NCBI GenBank assembly: GCA_024709685.1
Contig: JANJWF010000011.1
Coordinates: 9,441-73,440 of the forward strand
Reading direction: 5' to 3'
Length of the DNA stretch: 64,000 nt
Source: Thiobacillus sp.
GTDB taxonomy: Bacteria; Pseudomonadota; Gammaproteobacteria; Burkholderiales; Thiobacillaceae
Of this stretch, positions 10,698 to 20,512 are shown one piece after another. Under the pieces are notes generated by a model, which searched no databases, was not told where the DNA came from, and worked only from the letters and a program-made list of their open reading frames with translations. A program made the position numbers and the translations under genes. Positions within the stretch are counted from its first letter, which is position 1. Each line of letters starts with the position of its first letter.

Positions 10698-11719
10698 TGG
10701 ATCGCGCCACGGCCCCGCTCCTCACCCATGAACGCCAGGATATGAAGCGACCCCCCATCATTCTGCTGTTTGGCATGCCCCGATCCGGCACGACCTGGAT
10801 CGGCAAGATTTTCGACAGCCACCCGGATACGCTATACAGGCACGAGCCTGACAGCTGGGGACGGCTGAATGCCATTCCGCTCATGGCGCCCGTCGAGCAA
10901 GACACCGAATATGCACCCTCGATCCGGGACTTCTGCGCACGACTGCCGGGCATGCAGTTGACCAAGGTGGCCGCCTCGACGCCGATATTCCCAAAAAACT
11001 ACCATTCGCCGCTGCGGCACCAGTTGTTCCGGCTCAATGTGGTTGCCAGCAAGGCTGCCGCAAGGCTGTTCGGCGAACAGGCGGTGCATAGCCTGATCCG
11101 CGCCGAAGACGCGGGGCGCATCCGCATGGTGTGGAAATCCATCGAATCACTGGGCCGGATCGGGGTGATCGAGCGGGCCATGCAGCCCTGCTACGGGATC
11201 CACATCGCACGGCACCCGTGCGGCTATGTGGCATCGGTGCTGCGCGGCGAATCCCAGCGGCGCTTTACCAGCGACGTGTCCGCCAGCGAGGACATGGGCT
11301 TGCTGGCACTGTGTCTGGACACCACGGCTGCGCGTCAGTACGGATTGACGCTGGAAGGCCTCAAGGCCATGCATCCGATGGAGCGGCTGGCCTGGCGGTG
11401 GGTGCTTTTCAACGCCAAGGCGATGCAGGATATCGAAAGCCGGCCGGGCTGCATCACCTTGCGCTACGAAGATCTTTGTCGCGACCCGGCCGGCATGGCG
11501 AGGCAATTGTTCGATTTCGCCCAGTTGCCGTGGAATCCCCAGACCGAGCGATTCGTGAGCCAGAGCACCTCGAAGGACGTCGGTCGCTACTACAGTGTGG
11601 TAAAGGATCCGCTGAAAGCATCGTCCAAATGGAAGGACGAACTTTCGAAGGCTGACATCGACCGCATCTTTGCCATCGTTGCCGCGACCCCGCCTGGCGC
11701 CCTCTACGAACGTGAGTAA
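10694..11719 (+). CDS. PAPS-dependent sulfotransferase family protein
   Basis: 5'-PSB loop GMPRSGTTW, HEP, 3'-PB motif ARHPCGYVAS, LRYEDL..DP and KWK. An alternative start at 10742 has an AGGA RBS. Confidence 0.85.
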   Translation: MMDRATAPLLTHERQDMKRPPIILLFGMPRSGTTWIGKIFDSHPDTLYRHEPDSWGRLNAIPLMAPVEQDTEYAPSIRDFCARLPGMQLTKVAASTPIFPKNYHSPLRHQLFRLNVVASKAAARLFGEQAVHSLIRAEDAGRIRMVWKSIESLGRIGVIERAMQPCYGIHIARHPCGYVASVLRGESQRRFTSDVSASEDMGLLALCLDTTAARQYGLTLEGLKAMHPMERLAWRWVLFNAKAMQDIESRPGCITLRYEDLCRDPAGMARQLFDFAQLPWNPQTERFVSQSTSKDVGRYYSVVKDPLKASSKWKDELSKADIDRIFAIVAATPPGALYERE

Positions 11720-11739
11720 ATTCGGCTATCCCTAACGCT

Positions 11740-12972
11740 ATGCGCATCCTGCATGTCCTCGATCACACCCTGCCGCTGCATTCCGGCTATACCTTCCGCA
11801 GCGCGGCGATCCTGCGCAACCAGAGGAAGATGGGCTGGGACACGTACCACCTGTCCGGCCCCAAGCAGTTGAACTGCAGCGTGATGGAAGAAGATGCCGA
11901 CGGTCTGCATTTCTACCGCACCCCGAAGCCGAAGGGGCTTCTGTCGCGGCTGCCTGGCGGCGAACCGTTTGCGGTGATGGATGCGATCGAGGCGCGCCTG
12001 TCGGAACTGGCGCAGGCGCTACAACCCGATGTCATCCACGCTCACTCTCCGGTGCTCGACGCGGTGCCCGCGATCCGTGTCGGCCGCAAGCTGGGCATCC
12101 CGGTGGTCTACGAGATCCGCGCGTTCTGGGAAGACGCCGCGGTCGACCACGGCAGCACCAGGGAGAACAGCCTGCGCTACCGCCTCACGCGCGCGCTCGA
12201 GACCTGGGCGGTGAGGAAGGCCGACGCCGTCACCGTCATCTGCGAAGGTCTGCGTGGCGATCTGGTGGCGCGCGGGATTGTCCCCGGCAAGATCACGGTC
12301 ATCCCCAATGCGGTCGACCTCGACAAGTTTGCCGTCGGCGGCAGCCCGGATCCTGAACTCAAGAGGAAGCTCGGTCTCGGCAACAGCCGTGTGCTCGGCT
12401 TTATCGGCTCGTTCTACGCCTACGAAGGGCTCGATCTGCTGATTGACGCGCTGCCGCTGATCGCCAGGCAGATGCCCGACGTAAAGGTGCTGCTGGTCGG
12501 CGGCGGGCCGCAGGACGTCGCCCTGAGACGGCAGGTGATGGCGCTCGGCCTGAAAGATCGCGTGGTGTTCGCCGGGCGCGTGCCGCACGACGAGGTGAAC
12601 CGCTATTACGATTTGATCGACGTGCTGGTTTATGCGCGTCACCGGATGCGGCTGACCGACCTGGTCACGCCGCTGAAGCCGCTCGAGGCGATGGCGCAGG
12701 GGCGGCTGATGGTGGCCTCCGATGTCGGCGGCCACACCGAGCTGATCCAGGACGGCAAGACCGGCGTGCTGTTCCACGCCGGCAATGCCGGCGACCTCGC
12801 CAGCAAGGTGGTGGCTCTGCTCGAATACGAACAGGGCTGGGACAGCATGAGGCGTAACGGCCGCCAGTTCGTCGAAGCCGAGCGCAACTGGACCGCGAGC
12901 GTGGGCCGCTATCGCGGCGTGTACGGCGGCGTGGTGGACCCACGAACACGAATGGAGGCAGCACTTGGCTGA
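11740..12972 (+). CDS. PEP-CTERM/XrtA system glycosyltransferase, GT4 (TIGR04063-like)
   Basis: MRILHVLDHTLPLHSGY, YEIRAFWEDAAVDHG, GSFYAYEG, LVTPLKPLEAMA. Confidence 0.9.
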   Translation: MRILHVLDHTLPLHSGYTFRSAAILRNQRKMGWDTYHLSGPKQLNCSVMEEDADGLHFYRTPKPKGLLSRLPGGEPFAVMDAIEARLSELAQALQPDVIHAHSPVLDAVPAIRVGRKLGIPVVYEIRAFWEDAAVDHGSTRENSLRYRLTRALETWAVRKADAVTVICEGLRGDLVARGIVPGKITVIPNAVDLDKFAVGGSPDPELKRKLGLGNSRVLGFIGSFYAYEGLDLLIDALPLIARQMPDVKVLLVGGGPQDVALRRQVMALGLKDRVVFAGRVPHDEVNRYYDLIDVLVYARHRMRLTDLVTPLKPLEAMAQGRLMVASDVGGHTELIQDGKTGVLFHAGNAGDLASKVVALLEYEQGWDSMRRNGRQFVEAERNWTASVGRYRGVYGGVVDPRTRMEAALG

Positions 12973-14221
12973 AGATCATTCTGCCGGTTCGAACCGCATC
13001 GACCTGGTCGTGTTCAGTTCGCTCTTCCCCAGTTCGGCTCGACCCGGCGCCGGCCTGTTCATTCGCGAGCGCATGTTCCGTGTCGCCCAGCATCGGCCGC
13101 TGGTGGTCGTTTCGCCGCAACCGTGGTTTCCTGGGCAGTCGCTGATCCGCCGGCTGCGGCCGGGCTACCGCCCGCCCGCGCCGGCGCTGGAAATACAGCA
13201 GGGTGTCCGTGTGTACCACCCGCGCTTTCTCGCTGCGCCGGGCCTCATGCGCCGCTTCGACGGCCTGTCGATGGCGCTGGGCAGCTTCCTGCTGCTGCGC
13301 CGCCTCAGGATGGAGGGCGCACGGCTCATCGATGCCCACTTCACCTTTCCGGACGGTGAAGCCGCAACCCGCCTGGGGCGCTGGCTCGGCTTGCCGGTGA
13401 CCATTACCCTGCGCGGCACCGAAGTTCCGCACAGCAGGGATCCCGCGCTGCGCCCGCGCCTGGTGCGTACCCTCAAGGCGGCAGCACACGTCTTCTCGGT
13501 CTCAGACTCGCTGCGCCGGCTTGCGTTCGAACTCGGCACCGCCGCAGAGAAGACGGAAGTCGTCGGCAACGCCGTCGACATCCGGATTTTCCATCCCGTC
13601 GACCGGGCCGCCGCACGCGTCCGGCTGGGGCTGCCGGAAGACGCCAAGGTCCTGATCTCGGTCGGCGGCCTGGTCGAGCGCAAGGGCATGCACCGTGTCG
13701 TCGACTGCCTGCCTGGGCTCGTCGCGCGCCATCCGGGCCTCCATTACATCGTGGTGGGCGCCGGCGGCCCGGAAGGCGATATGCGCCCCGAACTCGAGGC
13801 GCAGGTCGCACGGCTGGGCCTGGCCGGGCGGGTGCGCTTTCTCGGGGCGCTGCCACCGGACGAACTCAAAGGACCCCTGTCCGCCGCCGACGTGTTCGTG
13901 CTGGCCACCCGCAACGAAGGCTGGGCCAACGTGCTGCTCGAAGCGATGGCCTGCGGCCTGCCGGTCGTTGCCACCGATGTCGGCGGCAATCGCGAGGTGA
14001 TATGCCGCGATGAACTCGGCAGCATCGTCCCGTTCGGCGACGCTGCCGCGCTGCAGCAGGCGCTGCATGCCGCGCTCGACAAGGTCTGGGATCGTGCAGC
14101 GATCCTCGATTACGCGCAGGCCAACCAGTGGGAGAAGCGCGTGGCGCAGTTGCTGCGGGCATATGGCCCTTTGCTGGCGAATTCGCATGCCGGAATGGAA
14201 TCGAGCCCTGCCGCGAAATGA
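12965..14221 (+). CDS. Glycosyltransferase family 4
   Basis: GT-B motifs GLVERKG and EGWANVLLEAMACGLPVVATDVGG; TTG start after GGAGG. Confidence 0.88.
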   Translation: MAEDHSAGSNRIDLVVFSSLFPSSARPGAGLFIRERMFRVAQHRPLVVVSPQPWFPGQSLIRRLRPGYRPPAPALEIQQGVRVYHPRFLAAPGLMRRFDGLSMALGSFLLLRRLRMEGARLIDAHFTFPDGEAATRLGRWLGLPVTITLRGTEVPHSRDPALRPRLVRTLKAAAHVFSVSDSLRRLAFELGTAAEKTEVVGNAVDIRIFHPVDRAAARVRLGLPEDAKVLISVGGLVERKGMHRVVDCLPGLVARHPGLHYIVVGAGGPEGDMRPELEAQVARLGLAGRVRFLGALPPDELKGPLSAADVFVLATRNEGWANVLLEAMACGLPVVATDVGGNREVICRDELGSIVPFGDAAALQQALHAALDKVWDRAAILDYAQANQWEKRVAQLLRAYGPLLANSHAGMESSPAAK

Positions 14222-15066
14222 CGAATACAGCCCGGCCCGTAACTGGATACGACGCGCGCAGCCTGCGGATTCGCATTCGGCATGCGCTGTGGCGGCAGAC
14301 GAAAGCCCTACGCCAGCACCTACGGCCGCACCCTATCGCCCAGCATGTGTTCGTCGCGGGCATGCAGCGTTCCGGCACCAATTTGCTGATGGATGTGCTG
14401 GATGCGAGCCTGGATACCCGGGTGTTCCATGAGACGGACCCGCGCGCATTCGAACGCTATCAAATGCGTGATTTGACCGTGATACGGGGGCTCGCGCAGG
14501 CGAGTCCGGCGCCGGTGTTCGTGATCAAGGCACTGTGCGAACTCGACCGCATCAAGCTCCTGATGGATACGTTCAGCCCGGCGAAGACCCTGTGGATGGT
14601 GCGTGACTGGCGCGACAGCGCAAGTTCGGCGGTCAAGTCCTTCGGCGGTTTCGTACCGCAGTGGCAGCGGCTGGCGCACGGCGACGCAAAGGACTGGCGG
14701 GGGCGCGGAATGTCACCTGCCACGCGCGAGTTGCTCGCCGCACTTTACCACCCGAACGCCAGCGAGGCCGAGGGGGCGGCGATCATGTGGTTCTATCGGA
14801 ATGCGCTGTTTTTCGAGCAGTTGCTCGCTTCCGACGCACGGGTCCGGTTGGTGTTTTATGAAGAGCTGGTGCGGCAGCCAGCGCGCGAAGTTGCGGCAGT
14901 CTATGACTTTCTCGGACTGCCCGGATTCAATGCAGCGATTGCCGCCCGTATCCATGCACGCTCGATTCGGCATCGGACCCCGCCGGACGTCGCCCCCGCG
15001 GTGGCGGCGCTGTGCGACGAGTTGCTGTCACGTTTCAGGGCGTTGACCAGCGGGAAGCGGAAATGA
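14218..15066 (+). CDS. PAPS-dependent sulfotransferase family protein
   Basis: VFVAGMQRSGTNLL, MVRDWRDSASS, VFYEELVRQP; ATGA overlap. Confidence 0.82.
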   Translation: MTNTARPVTGYDARSLRIRIRHALWRQTKALRQHLRPHPIAQHVFVAGMQRSGTNLLMDVLDASLDTRVFHETDPRAFERYQMRDLTVIRGLAQASPAPVFVIKALCELDRIKLLMDTFSPAKTLWMVRDWRDSASSAVKSFGGFVPQWQRLAHGDAKDWRGRGMSPATRELLAALYHPNASEAEGAAIMWFYRNALFFEQLLASDARVRLVFYEELVRQPAREVAAVYDFLGLPGFNAAIAARIHARSIRHRTPPDVAPAVAALCDELLSRFRALTSGKRK

Positions 15067-16439
15067 GCATACCCGCCTGGCTTGCCCGCAGCATCTTCCG
15101 CGCGCAGGAAACTGCGATGCGCCGCCCCACATTCGCAGTGCTCGCGGAACTCGAGCGTAGCCAGTGGCTGTCGCCTGACGCAATGTGCGACTACCAGACC
15201 CGACGCCTCAACGTGCTGCTGCAAAGTGCGCTGGCCCATAGCCCCTGGCACGCCGCGCGCCTGCACGCTGCAGGCCTGGCAGCCGCGGTACGGGAGGGCG
15301 CGATGACGCTGTCCGACCTGACACGTCTGCCGACCATGAATAAGCGCGATGCGCGCGATAACGTGAAACATCTGGTGTGGCACGATGCCCCGGGTGGGGT
15401 ATTCCAGTACACCACGGGCGGCTCCAGTGGCGAGCCGCTGATTTTCTATTTCGGTCGTGCACGCCAGGCGGCAGACGCCGCCGGACGGTTGCGCGCGCGC
15501 CGCTGGTGGGGCGTCGAGCCGGGCGAACGCGAGGTGTACCTGTGGGGGGCGCCGGTGGAGCTGAACAGAACCGATCGCATCAAGACCCTGCGCGACCGCC
15601 TGGTGAACCAGCTGCTGCTCAATGCCTTCGAAATGTCACCCGCTCGCATGGACGATTATCTTCACGCAATCCAGCGCTGGAACCCGAAGGCGATCTATGG
15701 CTATGCCAGCAGCCTGGCGTTGCTGGCGGCGCACGCCGAAGCGCGTGGGCTGAAACCGCGGGTGCCCGCGTTGCGCGTGGTAAGCAGCACCGGCGAGCCG
15801 CTGTTTCCGCATCAGCGCGAATTGATCGAGCGCGTTTTCGGCGTACCGGTTTCGGTCGAATACGGCGCGCGCGATGCCGGCCTGATGGCGCTGGAATCGC
15901 CCGAGGGGGAATTGCTGCAGATGAGCGAGACCCATATCGTCGAGGTGCTGGACGACGCGGGCGATCCGGCCGAGGAGGGCGAGGCGGTGATCACCTCGTT
16001 GGTGTCTGAGGCACAGCCTTTCATTCGCTACCGCACCGGAGACGTGGTACGGCGTTCCGGGCGCACCGACCCGGGTGGCCGTGGCCTCGAGATACTGGAT
16101 GCGGTTGTGGGCCGGCAGACCGACTTCATCGTCGCCGCCGATGGCCGCATCATGCACGCGCTGGCGGTGATTTATGTTCTGCGCGCGGTCCCCGGCGTCG
16201 CCCAGTTCAAGCTGATCCAGCATGCCGTAGACCAACTGGAAGTGCTGGTGGTGCCAGACGCGCGCTGGAACAACAATGCACGCGAAACCATTCTGAGTGG
16301 ATTGCGTGCGCGCCTGGGGCCTACGCTGCAAACCGAATTGAGACTGCTGGAGGCGATCGCGCCGGAAGTCTCGGGCAAGCATCGCTATGTGGTCAGCCAT
16401 GTTCCGCTGCATGACGGTCTCGCGCACGCCGTGATGTGA
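15063..16439 (+). CDS. Phenylacetate-CoA ligase/CapK-family adenylate-forming enzyme
   Basis: TTGGSSGEP loop, GYASSL, TGEPL, YGARD, PFIRYRTGD, GRQTD, SGKHRYV. Confidence 0.85.
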   Translation: MSIPAWLARSIFRAQETAMRRPTFAVLAELERSQWLSPDAMCDYQTRRLNVLLQSALAHSPWHAARLHAAGLAAAVREGAMTLSDLTRLPTMNKRDARDNVKHLVWHDAPGGVFQYTTGGSSGEPLIFYFGRARQAADAAGRLRARRWWGVEPGEREVYLWGAPVELNRTDRIKTLRDRLVNQLLLNAFEMSPARMDDYLHAIQRWNPKAIYGYASSLALLAAHAEARGLKPRVPALRVVSSTGEPLFPHQRELIERVFGVPVSVEYGARDAGLMALESPEGELLQMSETHIVEVLDDAGDPAEEGEAVITSLVSEAQPFIRYRTGDVVRRSGRTDPGGRGLEILDAVVGRQTDFIVAADGRIMHALAVIYVLRAVPGVAQFKLIQHAVDQLEVLVVPDARWNNNARETILSGLRARLGPTLQTELRLLEAIAPEVSGKHRYVVSHVPLHDGLAHAVM

Positions 16440-16497
16440 ATATGGCTGCGAAAACTGCACGCCATGTGGGGGTTGATAGGCCGGGAGGTACAAATCA

Positions 16498-17817
16498 ATG
16501 AGAGACGTATTGGTAACGGCTATGGTTTTCGGGGCGCTGCTGTTCGTTTTCAAGCGGCCCTGGATAGGCGTCCTGCTCTGGACGTGGATCAGCTATATGA
16601 ACCCCCATCGCCTCACCTGGGGGTTTGCATTCAGTTTTCCTTTCGCGATGATCGTCGCGATTGTCACCATTACGGCATTTCTGTTTTCACGCGAGAAAAA
16701 GGAAATGCCGTGGACGCGCGAGACAGTGCTATTGCTGATCTTCATCTGCTGGATGCTGTTTACCACTTTTCTTGCCTGGTATCCGGAGCTGGCGTGGGCG
16801 GAATGGAACAGGGCCTGGAAAATCCAGCTTTTCGTGATGCTTACCGCGATCCTGATCAACGACCGCCAGAAGCTCGACTGGCTGATCTGGGTGATCGTGG
16901 CGTCACTCGGATTCTATGGAATCAAGGGGGGAATCTTTACGCTCGGCAGTGGAGGCGGCTATCACGTGATGGGTCCGGCCGGCAGTTTCATCGGCGGAAA
17001 CAACGAGTTGGCTCTGGCCCTGATCATGACGATCCCACTGATGTGGTATCTCCGCTCGCAGGCACAAAACCGGTGGATACGGAACGGCCTGGCGGTAAGC
17101 ACGGTTTTGACGGCCATTGCCGCCATCGGCAGCCAGTCACGCGGTGCCCTGCTGGCCATTCTCGCTATGGGCTTCTTTCTCTGGCTAAAAAGTCGCCACA
17201 AGATGGCGACCGGGGTTCTCATGATCCTGGTGGTGGGTGTGCTGGCGGTCAACCTGCCCCAATCCTGGTACGACCGAATGGATACCATCCGGAACTACCA
17301 GGAAGACGGATCGGTCCAGGGCAGGCTGAATGCTTGGCACACTGCATTCAATGTTGCATCGGACCGGCTCATCGGCGGCGGCTTCAACATGTTCCAGCCG
17401 CCAACTTTCAGCCAATATGCCCCCGACCCCTATAACGTCCACGACGCGCATAGTATCTATTTTGAGGTGCTGGGGGAGCTTGGATTCATTGGCTTGACCC
17501 TGTTCCTTCTGATGTGGCTGTTTGTCTGGTTCAAAGCAGGCAGGGTGATCACTGCTTGCCGTGATCACCCTGAAAACAAGTGGGCGGCCGACCTGGCCGC
17601 GATGGCGCAGGTGAGTTTGGTGGGCTATGCCGTCGGTGGCGCATTTCTTGGACTAGCCTACTTCGATTTGCCCTACCACATCATGATCATGATCGTGCTG
17701 GCCGCGAAATTCACCGGTGTGGCCCCAAAAACACAGCAGGCCCCGCTCGCCTCTGGGCCGTCAGTCCCGCCCCATCCTTCTTCCCGCTGGGGGCAGCGGG
17801 CTTGGCAGCGAAAATAG
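16498..17817 (+). CDS. Putative O-glycosylation ligase/Wzy-like polymerase, exosortase A-associated (TIGR03097-like)
   Basis: Polytopic membrane protein with MRD start, SYMNPHRL, KGGIFT, NNELAL, SRGALL and AHSIYFEVLGELG. Confidence 0.9.
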   Translation: MRDVLVTAMVFGALLFVFKRPWIGVLLWTWISYMNPHRLTWGFAFSFPFAMIVAIVTITAFLFSREKKEMPWTRETVLLLIFICWMLFTTFLAWYPELAWAEWNRAWKIQLFVMLTAILINDRQKLDWLIWVIVASLGFYGIKGGIFTLGSGGGYHVMGPAGSFIGGNNELALALIMTIPLMWYLRSQAQNRWIRNGLAVSTVLTAIAAIGSQSRGALLAILAMGFFLWLKSRHKMATGVLMILVVGVLAVNLPQSWYDRMDTIRNYQEDGSVQGRLNAWHTAFNVASDRLIGGGFNMFQPPTFSQYAPDPYNVHDAHSIYFEVLGELGFIGLTLFLLMWLFVWFKAGRVITACRDHPENKWAADLAAMAQVSLVGYAVGGAFLGLAYFDLPYHIMIMIVLAAKFTGVAPKTQQAPLASGPSVPPHPSSRWGQRAWQRK

Positions 17818-17876
17818 GCCCCTGGTGGAGTCAAAAATGACAGGCTCAGCTCTGTTGTGATGTCGTTCCGGCAAGT

Positions 17877-18668
17877 TCAAGGGAGGCGGGCCGAACCCGC
17901 TTTTCTTCGCAACAGCCAGGCACCGCATCCCGTGGTCACCGCGAAAAACAGCGATAGATACATCAGGAACAGCTTCGGATCTTCGAGAAAATGGGGCCGC
18001 ATGACCAGATAAGGGTCCGTATCGCCCGTTCCTATCAGGGCCGCCATACCTTGCAGCACGACATTCTTGTCCCAATTGATCGTTTTGGGCCATGAGTAGC
18101 TTTCGGTCTCCTTTTTATATAAGGCGATCTTGTTGGCGGGTCCTCTCTGGGCGACGAGTTCATGCTGTCGGGACAGCAGCTTTGAAGGATCTTCTCTCAG
18201 ATCCCTGATTCCGTAGAACTTGCCATCTCCTGCAGGAAAGACAATGTCGTATACCGGATCGGCAGCCATTCGTCCGTTCTCGTAGCGGGCCTCGACCACC
18301 GTATGGGTGGACTCGCAACCTTTGCATGCGTGCAGCATGACAAGCGTCGAGTCCATGTCAAAACGCCGCAGCAGTGCGGCCAGCAAGCGCGACTTGTCCG
18401 AGCAATCACCACCCGTTTGCAGGATTTGAACCGGCGTCGGCCCCAGCTTTCTGAAAATGAAATACTCCCTGTTTTTCGCGAATCCCTGGTTGTTGTAGAC
18501 CCATCGATTGAGTTCCTCGACAAATTCCCCTGTTTGCGGCCGCGCGGTAATCCGGCCTTCTATGGCCTTGTCGAGAATCCGCTCGTCCTGCTTGATGCTG
18601 ACAAACAGCAGCAACGCACACAAAAAGAACAGCAAACTGACCGGGGCAAGGAAATGCTTCAGGGACAT
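17877..18668 (-). CDS. Transglutaminase-like (Cys-His-Asp) membrane-anchored protein
   Basis: N-terminal TM, GGDCSDKSRLL (Cys), THTVVEA (His), AADP (Asp), and a C-terminal TM followed by LLRRK. Confidence 0.72.
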   Translation of the reverse strand: MSLKHFLAPVSLLFFLCALLLFVSIKQDERILDKAIEGRITARPQTGEFVEELNRWVYNNQGFAKNREYFIFRKLGPTPVQILQTGGDCSDKSRLLAALLRRFDMDSTLVMLHACKGCESTHTVVEARYENGRMAADPVYDIVFPAGDGKFYGIRDLREDPSKLLSRQHELVAQRGPANKIALYKKETESYSWPKTINWDKNVVLQGMAALIGTGDTDPYLVMRPHFLEDPKLFLMYLSLFFAVTTGCGAWLLRRKAGSARLP

Positions 18669-18682
18669 GGCGGGTTTTCTTC

Positions 18683-20509
18683 TCAATGCTCGTTCGCCTG
18701 CAGCCACTGCTCAAGCATCATCGTCAGCCAGATCATCACGCCGTAGTAGCTGGCATGAGGGCCTCGCTGCATCGTCAGCATATGGTCGAGATACGCGGGC
18801 TGGATCCAGCCGCGCTGCTTGAAGTCGGACAGGCTGTCGCCGACGAGTTCGCTGAGCGGTGCATACTCGGCGCTCCATACGCCGAAGGGCAGGCCGAAGC
18901 CGTGCTTGGTCTTGTTGATGATTTTTTCCGGCAACAGGTCCGTCAGCGCTTGCTTGAAGAACCAGCGCAGTTTCTGTCCGCGCACCTTGAAATCCGGTGG
19001 CAAATGGTTGGCGAAAGCCATCAGGCGGTCGTCGAGCAGGGGGTAATCCGCCTCGATGCCGGCGGCCTCGGTCATCGTACCCACCTTCCGCAGGTCGTTG
19101 TCGGCCAGAGTGAACTTCAGGTCCAGATGCATCAGGCGGTTGATGTAGTGGTCGGACGCGGTGCGGTCGTAGACTTCGACCAGCGCGGCATTGGTCGAGG
19201 ACGGATCGACGGCATGAATGAAATCCGCAGCAAGAATCTGGTCGAGCGGTGTGCGGTGCAGGAAGTTGTAGCTCTCCAGCCGCAGCGGAAGGCCGATCCT
19301 TGCCTGCGTGACGTAGCTCTTCAGCTTGGATAGCGGGAAGTAGTTCGACAGGCCGGGCAGATGGGCGATGGGTTCGATGAGGCCCCGGCGCAGTGGGGCG
19401 GGCACGCTGGCATAGGCTTCGAACAGGCCGTGCTTGGCGTAGCGTGCGTTGCCGCCGAAGATCTCGTCGCCGCCGTCGCCTGCCAGCATGCGTTCGAATC
19501 CCGCCGCGCGCGCGTTTTTGGCGCAGAAGTAGGCCGGTACCGCCGAACTGTTGCCGAATGGTTCATCATATTCGCGGGCGATGACCGGAACCGCAGTGAC
19601 GATGTCGGCGGGCTTCAGGTAATACTCGCGGCTGCGGCTGCCGTAGCACTCAGCAGCGCAGCGCGCGTATTCCATTTCGTCAAAACCGGCGGCGTCGAAG
19701 CCGATCGAGAAGGTATCGACCGGACTGCCACGTGCGGCGGTCAGCGCACCGACCACGGTTGAACTGTCGGTGCCGCCGGAAAGAAACGCGGCGGTAGCAG
19801 GCGCATCGGCGTCGCGTACTGCATGGTCGAGCAATTGGCGGAAGTCCGCGCGCAGGCCGTCGAAGTCGGTGGCGGCCGGCGTGTAGTCCGCATGCCAGTA
19901 AAAGCCGGTGCGGATGCGGCCATTCTGCAGGGTCACGTACTGCCCCGGCAGCAGCTTGTGGATGCCCTGATAGAGGCTGCGTGGCGCGGGAATGGTGTGG
20001 AAATAGAGATAGTCGTAGATTGCCTGCGGATCGATGCTGCGGCCGATGGATGGATGCGCCGCCACTTCCTGCACGCTGCTGCCGAACACCAGATCGCTGC
20101 CGTTTTTTGCATAGCAGAGGCGCTCCGCGCCGACGCGGTCGAGTGCAAGAAAGGCCCGGTTCCGGATCGGCTCCATAACGGCGAAGGCGAAATTACCCTG
20201 CATCAGCGTCGGCAGCTCTTCGCCGTGGCGCATCCAGCCGTGGGCAACGGCGACCGTCGGGTTTTGGTTGCGGGCGATGAAGGCGAGGCCGTCATCGAGA
20301 AAGCGGGGGCGGCCGTGGAGCGCTGCAGCCAGGCCGTTCTCCACGTGGATGTTGGCCTTGCCGAAGCGTGAGCATGCCGCGATGCCCAGCAGCTGGCTGC
20401 TGTGCTCGTGAAGCACGCCTTCCGGTGACAGCCGTGCCGCGTGGCCCATGTATCGAATCAGATCCTGATGGGCGCCGTGGCTACCCAGCCAGCCAAAAAT
20501 GCCGTCCAT
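18683..20509 (-). CDS. Asparagine synthetase-like amide ligase lacking the N-terminal glutaminase Cys
   Basis: Starts MDGIFGW (no Cys2). Retains FLSGGTDSS, EPFGNSS, GDGGDEIFGG, DLRKV and KHGFGLP. Confidence 0.85.
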   Translation of the reverse strand: MDGIFGWLGSHGAHQDLIRYMGHAARLSPEGVLHEHSSQLLGIAACSRFGKANIHVENGLAAALHGRPRFLDDGLAFIARNQNPTVAVAHGWMRHGEELPTLMQGNFAFAVMEPIRNRAFLALDRVGAERLCYAKNGSDLVFGSSVQEVAAHPSIGRSIDPQAIYDYLYFHTIPAPRSLYQGIHKLLPGQYVTLQNGRIRTGFYWHADYTPAATDFDGLRADFRQLLDHAVRDADAPATAAFLSGGTDSSTVVGALTAARGSPVDTFSIGFDAAGFDEMEYARCAAECYGSRSREYYLKPADIVTAVPVIAREYDEPFGNSSAVPAYFCAKNARAAGFERMLAGDGGDEIFGGNARYAKHGLFEAYASVPAPLRRGLIEPIAHLPGLSNYFPLSKLKSYVTQARIGLPLRLESYNFLHRTPLDQILAADFIHAVDPSSTNAALVEVYDRTASDHYINRLMHLDLKFTLADNDLRKVGTMTEAAGIEADYPLLDDRLMAFANHLPPDFKVRGQKLRWFFKQALTDLLPEKIINKTKHGFGLPFGVWSAEYAPLSELVGDSLSDFKQRGWIQPAYLDHMLTMQRGPHASYYGVMIWLTMMLEQWLQANEH

Positions 20510-20512
20510 TTC

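Noticed and set aside
16443-16460. Sigma-54 promoter before the O-glycosylation ligase (TGGCTGCGAAAACTGCA)
   Set aside because: The GG-to-GC spacing is 11 nt rather than the required 10.
17877-20509. Lasso-peptide biosynthetic cluster (AsnB-like cyclase plus transglutaminase-like protease)
   Set aside because: No precursor peptide, PqqD/RRE protein or ABC exporter is seen. The transglutaminase-like protein is membrane-anchored and probably extracytoplasmic, and the genes follow a Wzx flippase.
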